A stretch of 64,000 bases of DNA from Pseudomonadota bacterium. GTDB lineage: Bacteria > Pseudomonadota > Gammaproteobacteria > Burkholderiales > REEB80. Each line of letters opens with the position of its first letter. Within the stretch, counting starts at the first letter, position 1. The position numbers and the translations under genes were made by a program. Positions 1-11,243 of this stretch are shown here, one piece after another. The DNA lies in assembly GCA_028873515.1 (NCBI GenBank), contig JAGWIG010000009.1, forward strand, positions 610 to 64,609, in the 5' to 3' direction. The notes beneath the pieces are model-generated. The model was not told where the DNA came from. It saw nothing but the letters and a program-made list of their open reading frames with translations, and searched no databases.

Positions 1-203
1 CTCTTAATGCTGTGGATCGTATTCATGCACTCTTGACCGATACGGACGATCGTGCACAGGCCTGGTCTCAGGCCATGCAACTACTGGGGACTAATTTCTA
101 CCCTGGTGTACCAAGCAACCAAGAGTCGACTACCTGTAGTTCAGACATAGATTTACCTACCCCAGGGATAGTTACGGCACAGGAAACGAATAACCCCCTT
201 TAG
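1..203 (+). CDS. 3' end of a gene truncated by the window edge, possibly a DeoR/GlpR-family regulator C-terminus
   Basis: Frame 3 is open from the window start (LNAVDRIHALLTDTDD...) to TAG at 201-203; 'I.AL.TD' resembles DeoR C-terminal ends; weak. Confidence 0.35.
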   Translation, partial: LNAVDRIHALLTDTDDRAQAWSQAMQLLGTNFYPGVPSNQESTTCSSDIDLPTPGIVTAQETNNPL

Positions 204-249
204 GGTTTTTTGCGATGTTGAAGTTTAAGAATCCACACAAGGAGGGGAT

Positions 250-1326
250 ATGAGTTCTATGAATGATGCCAATCGTTATGGTCAGGGAATTTGGCTCGAT
301 AACCTGTCGCGCACTCTGCTCAAAGAAGGTGAACTTGCTGCTTTGATTTCTCGAGGGTTAGCTGGAGTAACATCTAATCCAAGCATTTTTTTGAATTCTA
401 TTACCCATTCCCCATATTATAGAGAAGACCTTAAACATCTTAAAACCACCGCTGCTCGGACCGAGGATCGCTTTGAAATTTTGGCTATTCCTGATATTCA
501 ATCGGCGTGTGATTTATTTTCCCCTGTGTATTTGGCCAGCCACGGCGAAGATGGTTATGTGAGCCTCGAAGTTTCTCCTGATTTGGCCTATGATGAGACG
601 GGTACTATTGCTGCAGGCAAGCGGCTATACCACTCTGTTTCGCGTGACAATCTGCTGGTTAAAGTTCCTGCTACTCCTGAGGGTATCAAGGCATTTGAAG
701 AACTTATTTTTGAAGGTATCAGTGTCAATGTGACTCTCATGTTTTCACTTTCACATGTTTCAACTGTTGCTGCTGCCTATTTACGTGGGTTACAGCGTAG
801 GTTGGCTTCTGGCGGTGATATTTCCCATATCAAGTCAGTTTCAAGCCTGTTTTTAAGCCGTGTGGATACACATGTGGATAAAAAGCTGGAATCCATTGGG
901 ACCGCCGAGGCACTCGCTCTTCGTGGCAAAGCAGCGATTTCGTTAGCAAAACTTGCTTACCAACGTTATTTGGAAATATTTAATGGTCCTGATTTTTCAG
1001 ACTTGCGTACAGCTGGAGCAAGGCCGCAGTACCTTCTCTGGGCCAGCACAGGCACAAAGAATCCGACGTACGACCCTCTTCATTATGTTGAACCACTAAT
1101 TGGTCCTCAGACCGTCAATACGATGCCAGATGAAACCCTTGCCACTTTTGAAAGAGATGGCAAAGTAAGCCTGACCCTGACACGGGACGTGGAGATGGCC
1201 CGTGCCACTTATTCATCTATTGAGCAGAATGATATTAATATGAATGCAGTGGGGGAAGTTCTTCAGGAAGAGGGTGTTCAGAAATTTAAGGATTCATTTA
1301 CGCAGTTATTGCAGTTTCTCGCTTGA
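250..1326 (+). CDS. tal: transaldolase (358-aa type)
   Basis: Motifs IWLDNLSR, GVTSNPSIF, VSLEVSP, VKVPAT, WASTGTKNP; SD GGAGGGG upstream. Confidence 0.95.
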   Translation: MSSMNDANRYGQGIWLDNLSRTLLKEGELAALISRGLAGVTSNPSIFLNSITHSPYYREDLKHLKTTAARTEDRFEILAIPDIQSACDLFSPVYLASHGEDGYVSLEVSPDLAYDETGTIAAGKRLYHSVSRDNLLVKVPATPEGIKAFEELIFEGISVNVTLMFSLSHVSTVAAAYLRGLQRRLASGGDISHIKSVSSLFLSRVDTHVDKKLESIGTAEALALRGKAAISLAKLAYQRYLEIFNGPDFSDLRTAGARPQYLLWASTGTKNPTYDPLHYVEPLIGPQTVNTMPDETLATFERDGKVSLTLTRDVEMARATYSSIEQNDINMNAVGEVLQEEGVQKFKDSFTQLLQFLA

Positions 1327-1350
1327 TTGTTTTGAGACGTATGCTGGATA

Positions 1351-1359
1351 TGTTATAAT
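1351..1359 (+). promoter_or_regulatory. extended -10 promoter of rpsB-tsf
   Basis: TGTTATAAT (TGn-TATAAT) followed by GC-rich discriminator CCGCACGCG, ~140 nt upstream of rpsB. Confidence 0.55.
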
Positions 1360-1417
1360 CCGCACGCGTCAAGATGATAATGTAAGAGATGTATTATATT
1401 ATCCAAGGACGCATATT

Positions 1418-1498
1418 TCGCACATCTGCCCCATATGAGGGTGCCCCAAGGGGTGAATTTAGGCAGGTGGAGGCTTAACCCTTAACTGGAGATAAATA
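1418..1498 (+). ncRNA. rpsB leader (t44-like S2 autoregulatory RNA)
   Basis: CACATCTGCC...GGGTGCCCCAAGGGGT...GGCAGGTGGAGGCTTAACCC matches the conserved rpsB 5'UTR pattern (GGGTGCCC / GGGGT / GTGGAGGC.TAACCC). Confidence 0.75.
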
Positions 1499-2242
1499 AT
1501 GGCCGTTACCATGCGCCAGATGCTTGAAGCTGGCGTCCATTTCGGGCATCAGACCCGTTACTGGAATCCCAAGATGGCGCCGTATATATTCGGCGATCGT
1601 AATAAAATTCATATCATCAATCTGGAAAAATCCCTACCTTTATTTGTTGAAGCCATGTCCTATATTCGTCGGCTTATTGCAAACAAGGGAACGGTTCTTT
1701 TTGTAAGCACCAAGCGACAGGCACGGGAAATTATCCGTGAAGAAGCGATTCGGGCTGGTGCTCCTTTTGTAGATCACCGCTGGCTAGGCGGAATGCTTAC
1801 TAATTTTAAGACTGTTAAACAGTCTATCAAACGTTTGCATGAAATGCAGGCAGCCTTGACTGATGGCGGCATTGAGCGCATGAGCAAGAAAGAAGCTCTT
1901 ATGTTCCAAAGAGAACTTGTGAAACTTGAACGCTCTCTTGGCGGAATCAAGGATATGAATGGCTTGCCTGATGCAATTTTTGTGATTGACGTTGGTTACG
2001 AGTCCGGCGCTGTAACTGAGGCAAAGAAATTGGGTATTCCTGTTATTGGAGTAGTCGATACCAATCATTCACCAACAGAGGTGGATTATGTTATTCCTGG
2101 TAACGATGATTCTTCCCGGGCTATCAGGCTTTATGCTCGTGGTGCTGCTGATGCGATTCTGGAAGGGCGGAGCCAGTCCATGCAGGAGATTACTGGTGAA
2201 GAATTCGTAGAAGTTAATGAGAGTGAATCTGCTCCTAATTAA
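1499..2242 (+). CDS. rpsB: 30S ribosomal protein S2
   Basis: [35 protein letters not shown]. Confidence 0.99.
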   Translation: MAVTMRQMLEAGVHFGHQTRYWNPKMAPYIFGDRNKIHIINLEKSLPLFVEAMSYIRRLIANKGTVLFVSTKRQAREIIREEAIRAGAPFVDHRWLGGMLTNFKTVKQSIKRLHEMQAALTDGGIERMSKKEALMFQRELVKLERSLGGIKDMNGLPDAIFVIDVGYESGAVTEAKKLGIPVIGVVDTNHSPTEVDYVIPGNDDSSRAIRLYARGAADAILEGRSQSMQEITGEEFVEVNESESAPN

Positions 2243-2257
2243 TCGAACTGCTTTATT

Positions 2258-2282
2258 GGGGCGGTTGTCGCCCCCTTTTTTT
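2258..2282 (+). terminator. intrinsic terminator/attenuator between rpsB and tsf
   Basis: GGGGCG-GTTGT-CGCCCC stem followed by a T run. Confidence 0.7.
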
Positions 2283-2330
2283 ATCTTGATTTTTCCGACT
2301 CTCTAGTCGGCGGTATGTAAGGAGTCAGAA

Positions 2331-3209
2331 ATGGTCGACATCACCGCATCGATGGTTAAACAATTGCGTGAACGTACAGATCTTGGCATGATGGAGTGCA
2401 AAAAAGCTCTTATCGAAACTGATGGTGACATGGATGCAGCTGAAAGCTTGCTTCGCATCAAATCAGGTGCTAAAGCAGGTAAGGCGGCATCGCGGGTTGC
2501 GGCTGAAGGTGTAATAACCTGTTATATTGATTCAGTATCTTCTGTTGGTGCATTGATTGAAGTAAACTGTGAAACAGACTTTGTTGCTAAAAATGATGAT
2601 TTTCTCGTTTTTGCGAAAAATCTGGCAGAACTTGTAGCTAAAAATAATCCTGCTGATGTAGAGGCCCTTTTGAATGCATCCATCAATGGTGTAAATGTGG
2701 AAGAACACCGTAAAACTTTGGTCATGAAGTTGGGGGAAAATATCAATATACGCCGATTTATTCGCTTCCAAGGTGGGCATAAGCTTGCTAGCTATCTTCA
2801 CGGGAGCAGGATTGGGGTCATGGTGGAATTTGATGGTGATGAACAATTAGGTAAGGATATTGCGATGCATGTTGCAGCATCTAAACCAGTTTGTGTATCG
2901 CCTAATGAGGTTCCAAGTAATTTGATTGCGCGTGAACGTGAAATTTATACGGCGCAGGCTGCAGAATCTGGAAAATCACCGGAGATAGCTGCGCGCATGG
3001 TTGATGGGCGTATTTCAAAATACCTTGCTGAAGTGACGCTTCTTGGACAGCCTTTTGTCAAGAATCCAGATATGACTGTAGAAAAATTACTCGCATCAAA
3101 AACAGCAAAAGTTTACCGTTTTGCGATGTATACGGTTGGTGAAGGGATTGAAAAAAAAGCGAGTGATTTTGCTGCCGAGGTTGCAGCGCAGGCGGGACAG
3201 GCAGGATAG
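2331..3209 (+). CDS. tsf: elongation factor Ts
   Basis: [29 protein letters not shown]. Confidence 0.99.
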   Translation: MVDITASMVKQLRERTDLGMMECKKALIETDGDMDAAESLLRIKSGAKAGKAASRVAAEGVITCYIDSVSSVGALIEVNCETDFVAKNDDFLVFAKNLAELVAKNNPADVEALLNASINGVNVEEHRKTLVMKLGENINIRRFIRFQGGHKLASYLHGSRIGVMVEFDGDEQLGKDIAMHVAASKPVCVSPNEVPSNLIAREREIYTAQAAESGKSPEIAARMVDGRISKYLAEVTLLGQPFVKNPDMTVEKLLASKTAKVYRFAMYTVGEGIEKKASDFAAEVAAQAGQAG

Positions 3210-3272
3210 CGTAAGAAACCTGTTTTATAATTTTGAGCTTTATGTTGTGCTCCTAACTACTGGCGCAATAAG

Positions 3273-4013
3273 ATGAATGTAACGCCTATCTATAAGCGTA
3301 TTCTCTTGAAATTGAGCGGCGAAGCCTTGATGGGTGACGACGCTTATGGGATTAATCGAGATGTCATTGAAAGGATTGTTCTGGAGATCCGTGAAGTGGT
3401 TCGTCTTGGTGTCCAGATTGCAATAGTGATAGGAGGTGGTAATATTTTCAGAGGTGTTGCCCCAGCTGCAGCAGGTATGGATCGTGCAACTGCAGATTAC
3501 ATGGGTATGCTGGCCACCGTCATGAATGCACTTGCTTTGCAGGATGCGCTACGTAGGGTTGAAATCGTATCGAGGGTTCAATCCGCCCTGACTATTCAAC
3601 AGGTTGCGGAGCCCTACGTGCGAGGCAAGGCAATGAGATACCTCGAAGAAGGCCGTGTGGTTATATTTGGCGCCGGTACAGGTAATCCCTTTTTTACCAC
3701 CGATACAGCTGCTGCGTTACGTGGCATGGAAATGAATGTGAATATTGTTCTTAAAGCAACTAAAGTTGATGGGGTATATACGTCAGATCCATTGCGGGAT
3801 AACAAGGCTGTTCGTTATGATTGCCTAACCTTCGACGAAGCCATTTCTCGAAACCTGAAAGTGATGGACGCAACCGCGCTCACTTTATGCCGGGATTACA
3901 ATATGCCACTTTGTGTTTTTTCTATCTTTAAGCCAGGTGCATTGAAGAGGGTGGTAATGGGTGAGGCTGAAGGAACTTTGGTCCGTAGTGTATTGCCTGG
4001 TGATGCGATTTGA
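3273..4013 (+). CDS. pyrH: UMP kinase
   Basis: [30 protein letters not shown]. Confidence 0.99.
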   Translation: MNVTPIYKRILLKLSGEALMGDDAYGINRDVIERIVLEIREVVRLGVQIAIVIGGGNIFRGVAPAAAGMDRATADYMGMLATVMNALALQDALRRVEIVSRVQSALTIQQVAEPYVRGKAMRYLEEGRVVIFGAGTGNPFFTTDTAAALRGMEMNVNIVLKATKVDGVYTSDPLRDNKAVRYDCLTFDEAISRNLKVMDATALTLCRDYNMPLCVFSIFKPGALKRVVMGEAEGTLVRSVLPGDAI

Positions 4014-4023
4014 GGGTTTATTG

Positions 4024-4581
4024 ATGATTGCAGAAGTCAAGAAGTCAGCTGAACAAAAAATGCAGAAGTCTATCGAGTCATTGCGTGCAGAATTATCGAA
4101 AGTACGAACAGGTAGAGCGCATACAGGTTTGTTGGATCATGTGACTATTGATTATTATGGCAATCATGTTCCTCTGGGACAAGTTGCCAATTTGTCTTTA
4201 AGTGATTCGCGGACAATTACAGTTCAACCTTGGGAAAAAAAATTAGTTGGCGCAGTAGAAAAAGCGATTCGTGATGCAGATTTGGGACTGAACCCCTCAA
4301 CCTTTGGCGAAACCATACGTGTACCAATGCCATCTTTGACAGAAGAGAGACGACGCGAACTAATTAAAGTGGTTAGGAATGAAGCTGAAAATGCCAGAAT
4401 AGCTGTGCGTAATATTCGCCGAGATGCCAATGCCCATCTAAAAGAAATGATGAAATCTAAACAAATTAATGAAGATGATGAGCGGCGAGGGCAGGACGAG
4501 ATTCAGAAACTGACGGATCATTTCATTCAGGAAATCGATAAAACACTGCAGGCCAAGGAAATGGACCTGCTCGCTGTCTGA
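4024..4581 (+). CDS. frr: ribosome recycling factor
   Basis: [27 protein letters not shown]; start moved to ATG 4024 (185 aa). Confidence 0.97.
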   Translation: MIAEVKKSAEQKMQKSIESLRAELSKVRTGRAHTGLLDHVTIDYYGNHVPLGQVANLSLSDSRTITVQPWEKKLVGAVEKAIRDADLGLNPSTFGETIRVPMPSLTEERRRELIKVVRNEAENARIAVRNIRRDANAHLKEMMKSKQINEDDERRGQDEIQKLTDHFIQEIDKTLQAKEMDLLAV

Positions 4582-4597
4582 CTGACGGGGCATTAAT

Positions 4598-5353
4598 TTG
4601 ACTTTATTTGGAAGCTCTACTCAGCACGTGCCTCTGGCCCGATGCGTTCCGCAACATATTGCAATTATTATGGACGGTAATGGTCGATGGGCAAAAAAAC
4701 GTTTTTTGCCAAGAGTAGCGGGCCATCGCCAGGGTGTAGTTGCTGTTCGTGAAACTATTCGCGCATGCGCTGAATTTGGTGTTGATTATTTAACGCTTTT
4801 CGCTTTTAGCAGTGAAAATTGGCGTCGCCCAAAAGAAGAAGTCAATCTCCTGATGGATTTGTTTGTTCGTTCCCTAGAAGCTGAAATTGAGGCGATGCAT
4901 GAAAATAACATACGCCTTAAGATTATTGGTGATATTGAGATATTTGCCCCAAGACTACAGGAACTTATTCAAGAAGGCATGCGTTGTACACAAAGTAATC
5001 TTGGCCTAACCTTGACTATTGCCGCGAACTATGGTGGGCGCTGGGATATCATGCAAGCCATGAAAAAGTTTGCCAAGGGGCGCACTGAACCATACGCAGA
5101 GTTGACAGAATCTGATCTTTCACCTTACCTTTCAATGCATTATGCACCAGAGCCTGATTTGTTCATAAGAACCGGTGGTGAAATGCGCATCTCAAATTTT
5201 CTCTTATGGCAGCTGGCTTATACAGAACTATATTTTACACCTATCCTGTGGCCTGATTTCGATAGAGTGGCATTGAATGATGCCATTGTTTCCTACCAGA
5301 GCAGGGAAAGACGTTTTGGCCGTACCAGTGAGCAGTTAAAAGAAAATGTCTGA
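4598..5353 (+). CDS. uppS: undecaprenyl diphosphate synthase
   Basis: HIAIIMDGNGRWA, FAFSSENWRRP, RTGGEMRISNFLLWQ. Confidence 0.98.
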   Translation: MTLFGSSTQHVPLARCVPQHIAIIMDGNGRWAKKRFLPRVAGHRQGVVAVRETIRACAEFGVDYLTLFAFSSENWRRPKEEVNLLMDLFVRSLEAEIEAMHENNIRLKIIGDIEIFAPRLQELIQEGMRCTQSNLGLTLTIAANYGGRWDIMQAMKKFAKGRTEPYAELTESDLSPYLSMHYAPEPDLFIRTGGEMRISNFLLWQLAYTELYFTPILWPDFDRVALNDAIVSYQSRERRFGRTSEQLKENV

Positions 5354-6116
5354 GCGCATCCGGACTGCGCTCTTAGCCGGGCTCCTTTTTGCTGTCATTC
5401 TTTTTTTCGCGCCTCGTATATTATGGGTTACAGTTGTCTTGGCCGGGTTTGCAGGTTGTGTTTCAGAATGGATTAAATTGTGTGGATATGCAGGGTGGAG
5501 GCTGCTTTCAATTACATTGACAGCTACCATTTTTGCACTGATTCTATTCTTTTTTATAGGCAATGTTGAGTTTGTCAAATGGCGCTGGTTGATTTATTCT
5601 GACCTTGTTTTCTGGATAGTCCTGGCACCTTTCTGGCTAGTTAAACCTATCATGTTTCGTGGCTGGTTTCTTGCTTTACTCGGTATTTTTTTGTTTATTC
5701 CTTTCGCATTAAGCCTTATTCTTTTGAGAGATATATCACCGGTAAGGCTTTTACGTTACATGGCAGTATTGTGGGTTTCTGATAGTTTCGCTTACTTTTC
5801 TGGACGTGCTGTAGGATATCACAAGCTTGCACCTGCAATTAGTCCGGGCAAGACATGGGAAGGGGTCGCTGGAGGCATGTTCGCTGTAGGACTTTACGCA
5901 ATCATTGTAAATTGGCCGTTATCCGGTTTTTTTCAGACCTGTGGTATGCTTGCAATGGCTGTCATTGGAATTATTGGTGATCTTTTTGAATCAAAAATAA
6001 AAAGATACGCAAATGTTAAAGATAGCGGTAATCTTCTACCGGGTCATGGGGGACTTCTTGACCGCTTGGATTCCCAGATTGCGGCACTGCCGCTAGCACT
6101 TCTTTTAATCAGGTAA
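5346..6116 (+). CDS. cdsA: phosphatidate cytidylyltransferase
   Basis: ISPGKTWEG, KDSGNLLPGHGGLLDRLDS; hydrophobic. Confidence 0.97.
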   Translation: MSERIRTALLAGLLFAVILFFAPRILWVTVVLAGFAGCVSEWIKLCGYAGWRLLSITLTATIFALILFFFIGNVEFVKWRWLIYSDLVFWIVLAPFWLVKPIMFRGWFLALLGIFLFIPFALSLILLRDISPVRLLRYMAVLWVSDSFAYFSGRAVGYHKLAPAISPGKTWEGVAGGMFAVGLYAIIVNWPLSGFFQTCGMLAMAVIGIIGDLFESKIKRYANVKDSGNLLPGHGGLLDRLDSQIAALPLALLLIR

Positions 6117-6122
6117 TGATAA

Positions 6123-7304
6123 ATGCGTTATATCACTATTCTTGGTGCAACTGGTTCAATTGGTGCCAGTACTCTTGAAGTTATTAAGCTTCATCCTGAT
6201 CGATATAAGGTGTTTGCTGTTACGGCCTATAACCAGATGGATCGCCTTGAACAGTGCTGTCTTGCCTATAACCCCACAATTGCAGTTGTATCCACACCCC
6301 AGCAGGCCAGAGCGCTCTCAAACATCTTGAAATCGGCCGGGCTTGATACAGAAGTTCTCTACGGAGAAGAAGGGTTGATTGCCGCAGCTTCGGATAGCCA
6401 GGCAGATACTGTGATGGCGGCTATTGTTGGTGCAGCAGGACTGAAGCCAACTCTTGCTGCAGCCAAGGCTGGTAAAAGAGTGTTGCTTGCCAATAAGGAA
6501 GCACTTGTAATGTCTGGTAAGATTTTTATGGATGCTGTGAACTCCAATCAAGCAAAGCTTTTACCGATTGATTCTGAACACAACGCTGTTTTTCAGTCTT
6601 TGCCTGCCCATTTCGATCGAGCTTCGCCTCTAGGTGTTCGTCGAATCCTACTGACAGCTTCAGGAGGACCATTTTTAAATCATAGCGAGGATATGCTTGC
6701 TGAAGTAACTCCTGATGCCGCAGTTCGACATCCAAATTGGGTCATGGGCAGAAAAATTTCGGTCGATTCCGCAAGTCTTATGAATAAGGGTCTGGAAGTA
6801 ATTGAAGCCCATTGGCTTTTTGGAGTTCCGGCTAATAAGATAGAAGTGATTGTCCATCCACAAAGTATTATCCACTCTCTAGTGGAATACATTGATGGTT
6901 CTGTGATAGCTGAGCTTGGAAATCCAGATATGCGAGTCCCTATTGCACATGCATTGGGCTATCCTGAAAGACTTACTTCAGGTGCAGATTTTCTTGATTT
7001 AATTCGCCATGGCAAACTTACTTTTACCTCACCTGATCCGAATCGCTTTCCATGTCTTAATCTTGCTTATGCTGCTCTTAATGCTGGCGGCTCTGCCCCA
7101 ACAGCCCTAAATGCAGCGAATGAAATTGCTGTTGCTGCATTTCTTGAAAACCGACTATCTTTCACATCTATCCCTTTACTCATTGAAGATGTCCTGGATA
7201 TGGTATCCTGCCCAGAAGTAAGTACGATTGAAGAAATTATCGAAGTGGATGCGGCAGCCCGCCACGCAGCAATGATGTTTATTGATCGCGCAACCGTACA
7301 TTGA
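6123..7304 (+). CDS. dxr: 1-deoxy-D-xylulose-5-phosphate reductoisomerase
   Basis: ILGATGSIG, LANKEAL, PIDSEH, HPNWVMGRKISVDSA. Confidence 0.99.
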   Translation: MRYITILGATGSIGASTLEVIKLHPDRYKVFAVTAYNQMDRLEQCCLAYNPTIAVVSTPQQARALSNILKSAGLDTEVLYGEEGLIAAASDSQADTVMAAIVGAAGLKPTLAAAKAGKRVLLANKEALVMSGKIFMDAVNSNQAKLLPIDSEHNAVFQSLPAHFDRASPLGVRRILLTASGGPFLNHSEDMLAEVTPDAAVRHPNWVMGRKISVDSASLMNKGLEVIEAHWLFGVPANKIEVIVHPQSIIHSLVEYIDGSVIAELGNPDMRVPIAHALGYPERLTSGADFLDLIRHGKLTFTSPDPNRFPCLNLAYAALNAGGSAPTALNAANEIAVAAFLENRLSFTSIPLLIEDVLDMVSCPEVSTIEEIIEVDAAARHAAMMFIDRATVH

Positions 7305-7314
7305 GGAGATAAGC

Positions 7315-8676
7315 TTGGGAATTGTAGTCACCATCGCAGCCTTTCTGGTAGCGATTGGCGTTCTGGTCGTTTTTCATGAATTTGGTCATTATTTGGTGGC
7401 AAGACTATGTAATGTCAAGGTTCTAAGATTTTCAATTGGTTTTGGTAAGCCACTTTGGATTAGGAAATTTGGCAAGGATTCCACCGAGTTGGCCGTGTGC
7501 CTGCTTCCCCTTGGCGGGTTCGTACGCATGCTTGATGAGCGCGAAGGTGAAGTATTTCCAGAGGAATTGCATCGGGCTTTTAATCGCCAGCACGTTATAC
7601 GTCGAATATTGATAGTTATTGCCGGTCCTGTAGCTAATTTATTTTTGGCATCATTTATATACACGGTTTTATTCATTCATGGCATTCCTGGGATACGACC
7701 CGTTCTTGGATTCGTGCCCCCCCATAGCATCGCTGCCGAGGCTCATTTGGCTCCTGGTGATGTGGTTGATACGATAGGAGGCCATCGAATATCAACCTGG
7801 CAATCAATGAGCGTACATTTAAGTGAGGCAGCTGCGAACGGTAAGACAGTGATTGTTACCGCAGCTAGACATGGAGTTAAACAAAATTTCAGACTTAATT
7901 TTTCTGGAATTGGTTCTTCCTCAATTAATTCAGGACTGATTGAACGATTAGGTTTTTTACCGCCTGAACCTTTTGTATCAGGAGTACTAGGTGAAATTGA
8001 GCCAGGGAGCCCGGCTAATCAATCAGGCCTTGTTCCAGGCGATAAGATTATGATGATTGAAGGTCAAGCGTATACAGGTTGGGAGGATTTGGTACAGGCC
8101 GTACGTTCCCACCCTGGAAAGCCTTTAAAATTAGTGGTAAATCATGGAAACAAGATTGAATATTTGACCATAAAACCCAAGTCAGTCAAAACTGGGGGAC
8201 GTAATATAGGCTGGATTGGTGCAGGACCCCTCATCGATCCCGCTCAAATCAAAGCACTTCGCACAACTGAACATTATGGTTTTATTGATGCCAGCATACA
8301 TGGAGTGACTCGTACCCTATCCATGTCCTGGTTTACCCTAGAAATGATAGCTAAACTCGTTATGGGGAATGCCGCATTAAGTAATTTATCCGGACCCTTG
8401 ACTATAGCCGATTATGCAGGCCAGTCAGCGAGAATGGGAATAATCCCTTATCTGACTTTCCTGGCACTTGTGAGCATCAGCCTGGGCATCTTAAATTTAT
8501 TACCTATTCCCTTATTGGATGGAGGGCATCTGTTGTATTATATGGCTGAGATTGTGAAGGGTGGGCCAGTTTCCGATAAAGCACAGGCAATTGGCCAGCG
8601 CATTGGTGGTGTTTTGCTGGTTGTTTTGATGGTGTTTGCTTTTTATAACGACATTAACCGGATTTTCATTGGTTAG
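7315..8676 (+). CDS. rseP: RIP metalloprotease RseP
   Basis: HEFGH zinc motif, two PDZ-like segments, NLLPIPLLDGG; likely TTG start at 7315 after GAGGAG. Confidence 0.96.
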   Translation: MGIVVTIAAFLVAIGVLVVFHEFGHYLVARLCNVKVLRFSIGFGKPLWIRKFGKDSTELAVCLLPLGGFVRMLDEREGEVFPEELHRAFNRQHVIRRILIVIAGPVANLFLASFIYTVLFIHGIPGIRPVLGFVPPHSIAAEAHLAPGDVVDTIGGHRISTWQSMSVHLSEAAANGKTVIVTAARHGVKQNFRLNFSGIGSSSINSGLIERLGFLPPEPFVSGVLGEIEPGSPANQSGLVPGDKIMMIEGQAYTGWEDLVQAVRSHPGKPLKLVVNHGNKIEYLTIKPKSVKTGGRNIGWIGAGPLIDPAQIKALRTTEHYGFIDASIHGVTRTLSMSWFTLEMIAKLVMGNAALSNLSGPLTIADYAGQSARMGIIPYLTFLALVSISLGILNLLPIPLLDGGHLLYYMAEIVKGGPVSDKAQAIGQRIGGVLLVVLMVFAFYNDINRIFIG

Positions 8677-8940
8677 ACCGTTTTACTGGAAACGGATGAT
8701 AATTTTTTTTGCACTTGTTTATCAAATAGCCATAGAGCAACTGTTTTTATTTTTCCTTTTAAATTTTTTTAAGTGGAAAAAATGTACTTGTGTGAATGTG
8801 ACGATTGCATGGCTAATTACTCTAGGGGTGCGACATCGGGTAAACCTTTGTTGTATCATGCCGAAGACCTGCATTTATTAAGGAAAGAGCCGTTTGCTTT
8901 GGGTTAGGTAGGTGTCTGGCCAAAGCGTACGCTGCATAAC

Positions 8941-11226
8941 ATGAAATTTAAACCTCTTGCCCTTTTGCTGCTGGGCACTCATGCCCTTTGCGCTTACGCA
9001 TTTTCAGATTTTACTGTTAAGGATATCCGGGTTGAAGGTATCCAGCGTATTGAACCTGGAACGATCTTTAATTACCTTCCTGTCAAGGTTGGTCAAACCA
9101 TGACAGGAAGCAAGGCTTCTGAAGCTATTCATAGCCTTTACGCAACCGGGTTCTTTACCAATGTGGATTTGGCAGATGATCATGGTGTGCTCGTCGTTAA
9201 GGTTCATGAACGTCCGGCTATAGCCAATATTAGCTTTAGTGGTAACCATACATTTAATAAAAAGGTATTGGATGGACTTCTAAAGGATGATGGCCTTGTC
9301 AGGGCGCGTATATTTGATCGCAGACAGCTTCAACGTGTAATTACGGATATCAAGGAAGGTTATTTTTCAAAAGGCAAGTATGGAGTTCAGGTAACTTCTA
9401 CGGTAACTTATCTTCCTCGTAACAGAGTAAGTATTAATTTACATATACTTGAAGGAAAAGTTGCCAAGATTCAACATATTAATATCGTAGGAAATCATGA
9501 TTTCTCGACATCTGACCTCCGTGGTGTGATGACCCTGAGGACGCCGGGATATACCACTTGGTTCACGGATGATGATCAATACTCGCGGGAAAAATTCGGC
9601 GCTGATCTGGAAGCATTAAGGTCCTTTTATATGGATCAAGGTTATCTTGATTTTCAGATTGTATCAACTCAGGTTGTTATGTCTCCCCAGAAAAATGGTG
9701 TTGATCTTACAATCAACCTGCATGAAGGTCGCCGCTACAAAGTTACGGCTTTTAATTTCAGCGGCAATCTTTTGTTACCAATAAAAAAATTACAGGCAGC
9801 GCTTGAACTTAAACCTGGTGAAGTGTTTTCTCGCAAAAAACTCACAGATTCCGTTAATAAACTCACTAATTTATATGGGGATGAAGGGTACGCATACGCG
9901 AATATTCAGGCGGTACCAGAACTGGACAAAAAGAATGGGACTGCCAGTTTTACTATTCTCATAGATCCAGGAGATCGCATCTATGTACGTCGTATTGACA
10001 TACATGGTAATGTACGAACCAAGGATGAAGTTATTCGCCGCGAGTTACGACAGCTCGAATCTTCTTGGTATTCCCAACAACGGATTAAACGATCCAAACA
10101 GCGGCTTGATAGATTAGGATTTTTTTCAAATGTAGATATTAATGCCAAGCCTGTTCCTGGATCACCAGATGAGGTGGACATTGACGTTGGTGTAACTGAA
10201 CGTTCAACGGGAACCATCATGGCTGGAATAGGTTATTCCAATCAATTGGGAGTTCTTTTAAATGGCTCCATTAGCCAGAACAATCTGTTTGGTACCGGTA
10301 ATGCCTTGTCGGTACAGGCAACGACGAGCCAGATTGTGCGAGATTATGAACTTTCCTATAACAACCCATATTTTACAGATAATGGTATTAGTCGCGGTTT
10401 TGATATTTATAAACGAAAATATGACACGATAGGGCAAAGCTTCGGGGATTATAATTCTGATACTACTGGGGGTGATGTTACCTTTGGTGTTCCTCTGACT
10501 GAGACCAGCAATGCAACCCTTGGGTTGGGTGCGGAAAGTACCAATATCGGAATTGATGTCAATTCTATTCAACCATATATTGATTTTGTTCATCAGTTTG
10601 GTGGGGTGAATAGTGTTACGGTTACTGATGTAACTGCCACTTTGGGATGGACGCGTGATACACGTGATTCTGTTTTATTTCCTACAAAAGGTCACCTTGA
10701 GAGCCTGACTGGCCAGGTAGGTTTACCTGGAGCTGACTTAACCTATTACATGCTTAACTACAAAGATCAATATCTGCAACCCCTGTCAACCAATGTTTCC
10801 TTAATGTTAAACGGTCAACTTGGATATATTAATGGATATCTTAATAAGCCTATCCCTTTTTTCAAGAATTTTTATGTTGGCGGGCCCGGTTCAGTACGTG
10901 GATTTGCCTATGGAGGCATAGGACCCCAGGAAAATGGATTTGGCCTGGGAGGGAATAAACAAGTTCTTGCAAGTGCTGATTTATTATTACCTTTCCCTGG
11001 GTTTGAACATAGCCAGGCACTTAGAATTTCAGCTTTTGTTGATTCTGGAGATGCTTATGGCCAGAATGAAAAAGTTAATTTGGCTAAGTTGCGTGTTTCG
11101 ACAGGCATAGCACTTGACTGGCGTTCTCCTGTAGGACCTATTACATTCAGTTATGCATATCCGATTCGAAAATTTCCCGGAGATCAGATACAGGAGTTTC
11201 AATTCAATATTGGATCAAGCTTCTAG
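8941..11226 (+). CDS. bamA: outer membrane protein assembly factor BamA
   Basis: DIRVEGIQRI POTRA start, VRGF motif, C-terminal FQFNIGSSF. Confidence 0.98.
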   Translation: MKFKPLALLLLGTHALCAYAFSDFTVKDIRVEGIQRIEPGTIFNYLPVKVGQTMTGSKASEAIHSLYATGFFTNVDLADDHGVLVVKVHERPAIANISFSGNHTFNKKVLDGLLKDDGLVRARIFDRRQLQRVITDIKEGYFSKGKYGVQVTSTVTYLPRNRVSINLHILEGKVAKIQHINIVGNHDFSTSDLRGVMTLRTPGYTTWFTDDDQYSREKFGADLEALRSFYMDQGYLDFQIVSTQVVMSPQKNGVDLTINLHEGRRYKVTAFNFSGNLLLPIKKLQAALELKPGEVFSRKKLTDSVNKLTNLYGDEGYAYANIQAVPELDKKNGTASFTILIDPGDRIYVRRIDIHGNVRTKDEVIRRELRQLESSWYSQQRIKRSKQRLDRLGFFSNVDINAKPVPGSPDEVDIDVGVTERSTGTIMAGIGYSNQLGVLLNGSISQNNLFGTGNALSVQATTSQIVRDYELSYNNPYFTDNGISRGFDIYKRKYDTIGQSFGDYNSDTTGGDVTFGVPLTETSNATLGLGAESTNIGIDVNSIQPYIDFVHQFGGVNSVTVTDVTATLGWTRDTRDSVLFPTKGHLESLTGQVGLPGADLTYYMLNYKDQYLQPLSTNVSLMLNGQLGYINGYLNKPIPFFKNFYVGGPGSVRGFAYGGIGPQENGFGLGGNKQVLASADLLLPFPGFEHSQALRISAFVDSGDAYGQNEKVNLAKLRVSTGIALDWRSPVGPITFSYAYPIRKFPGDQIQEFQFNIGSSF

Positions 11227-11243
11227 CTGGGCTAGGGGATAAA

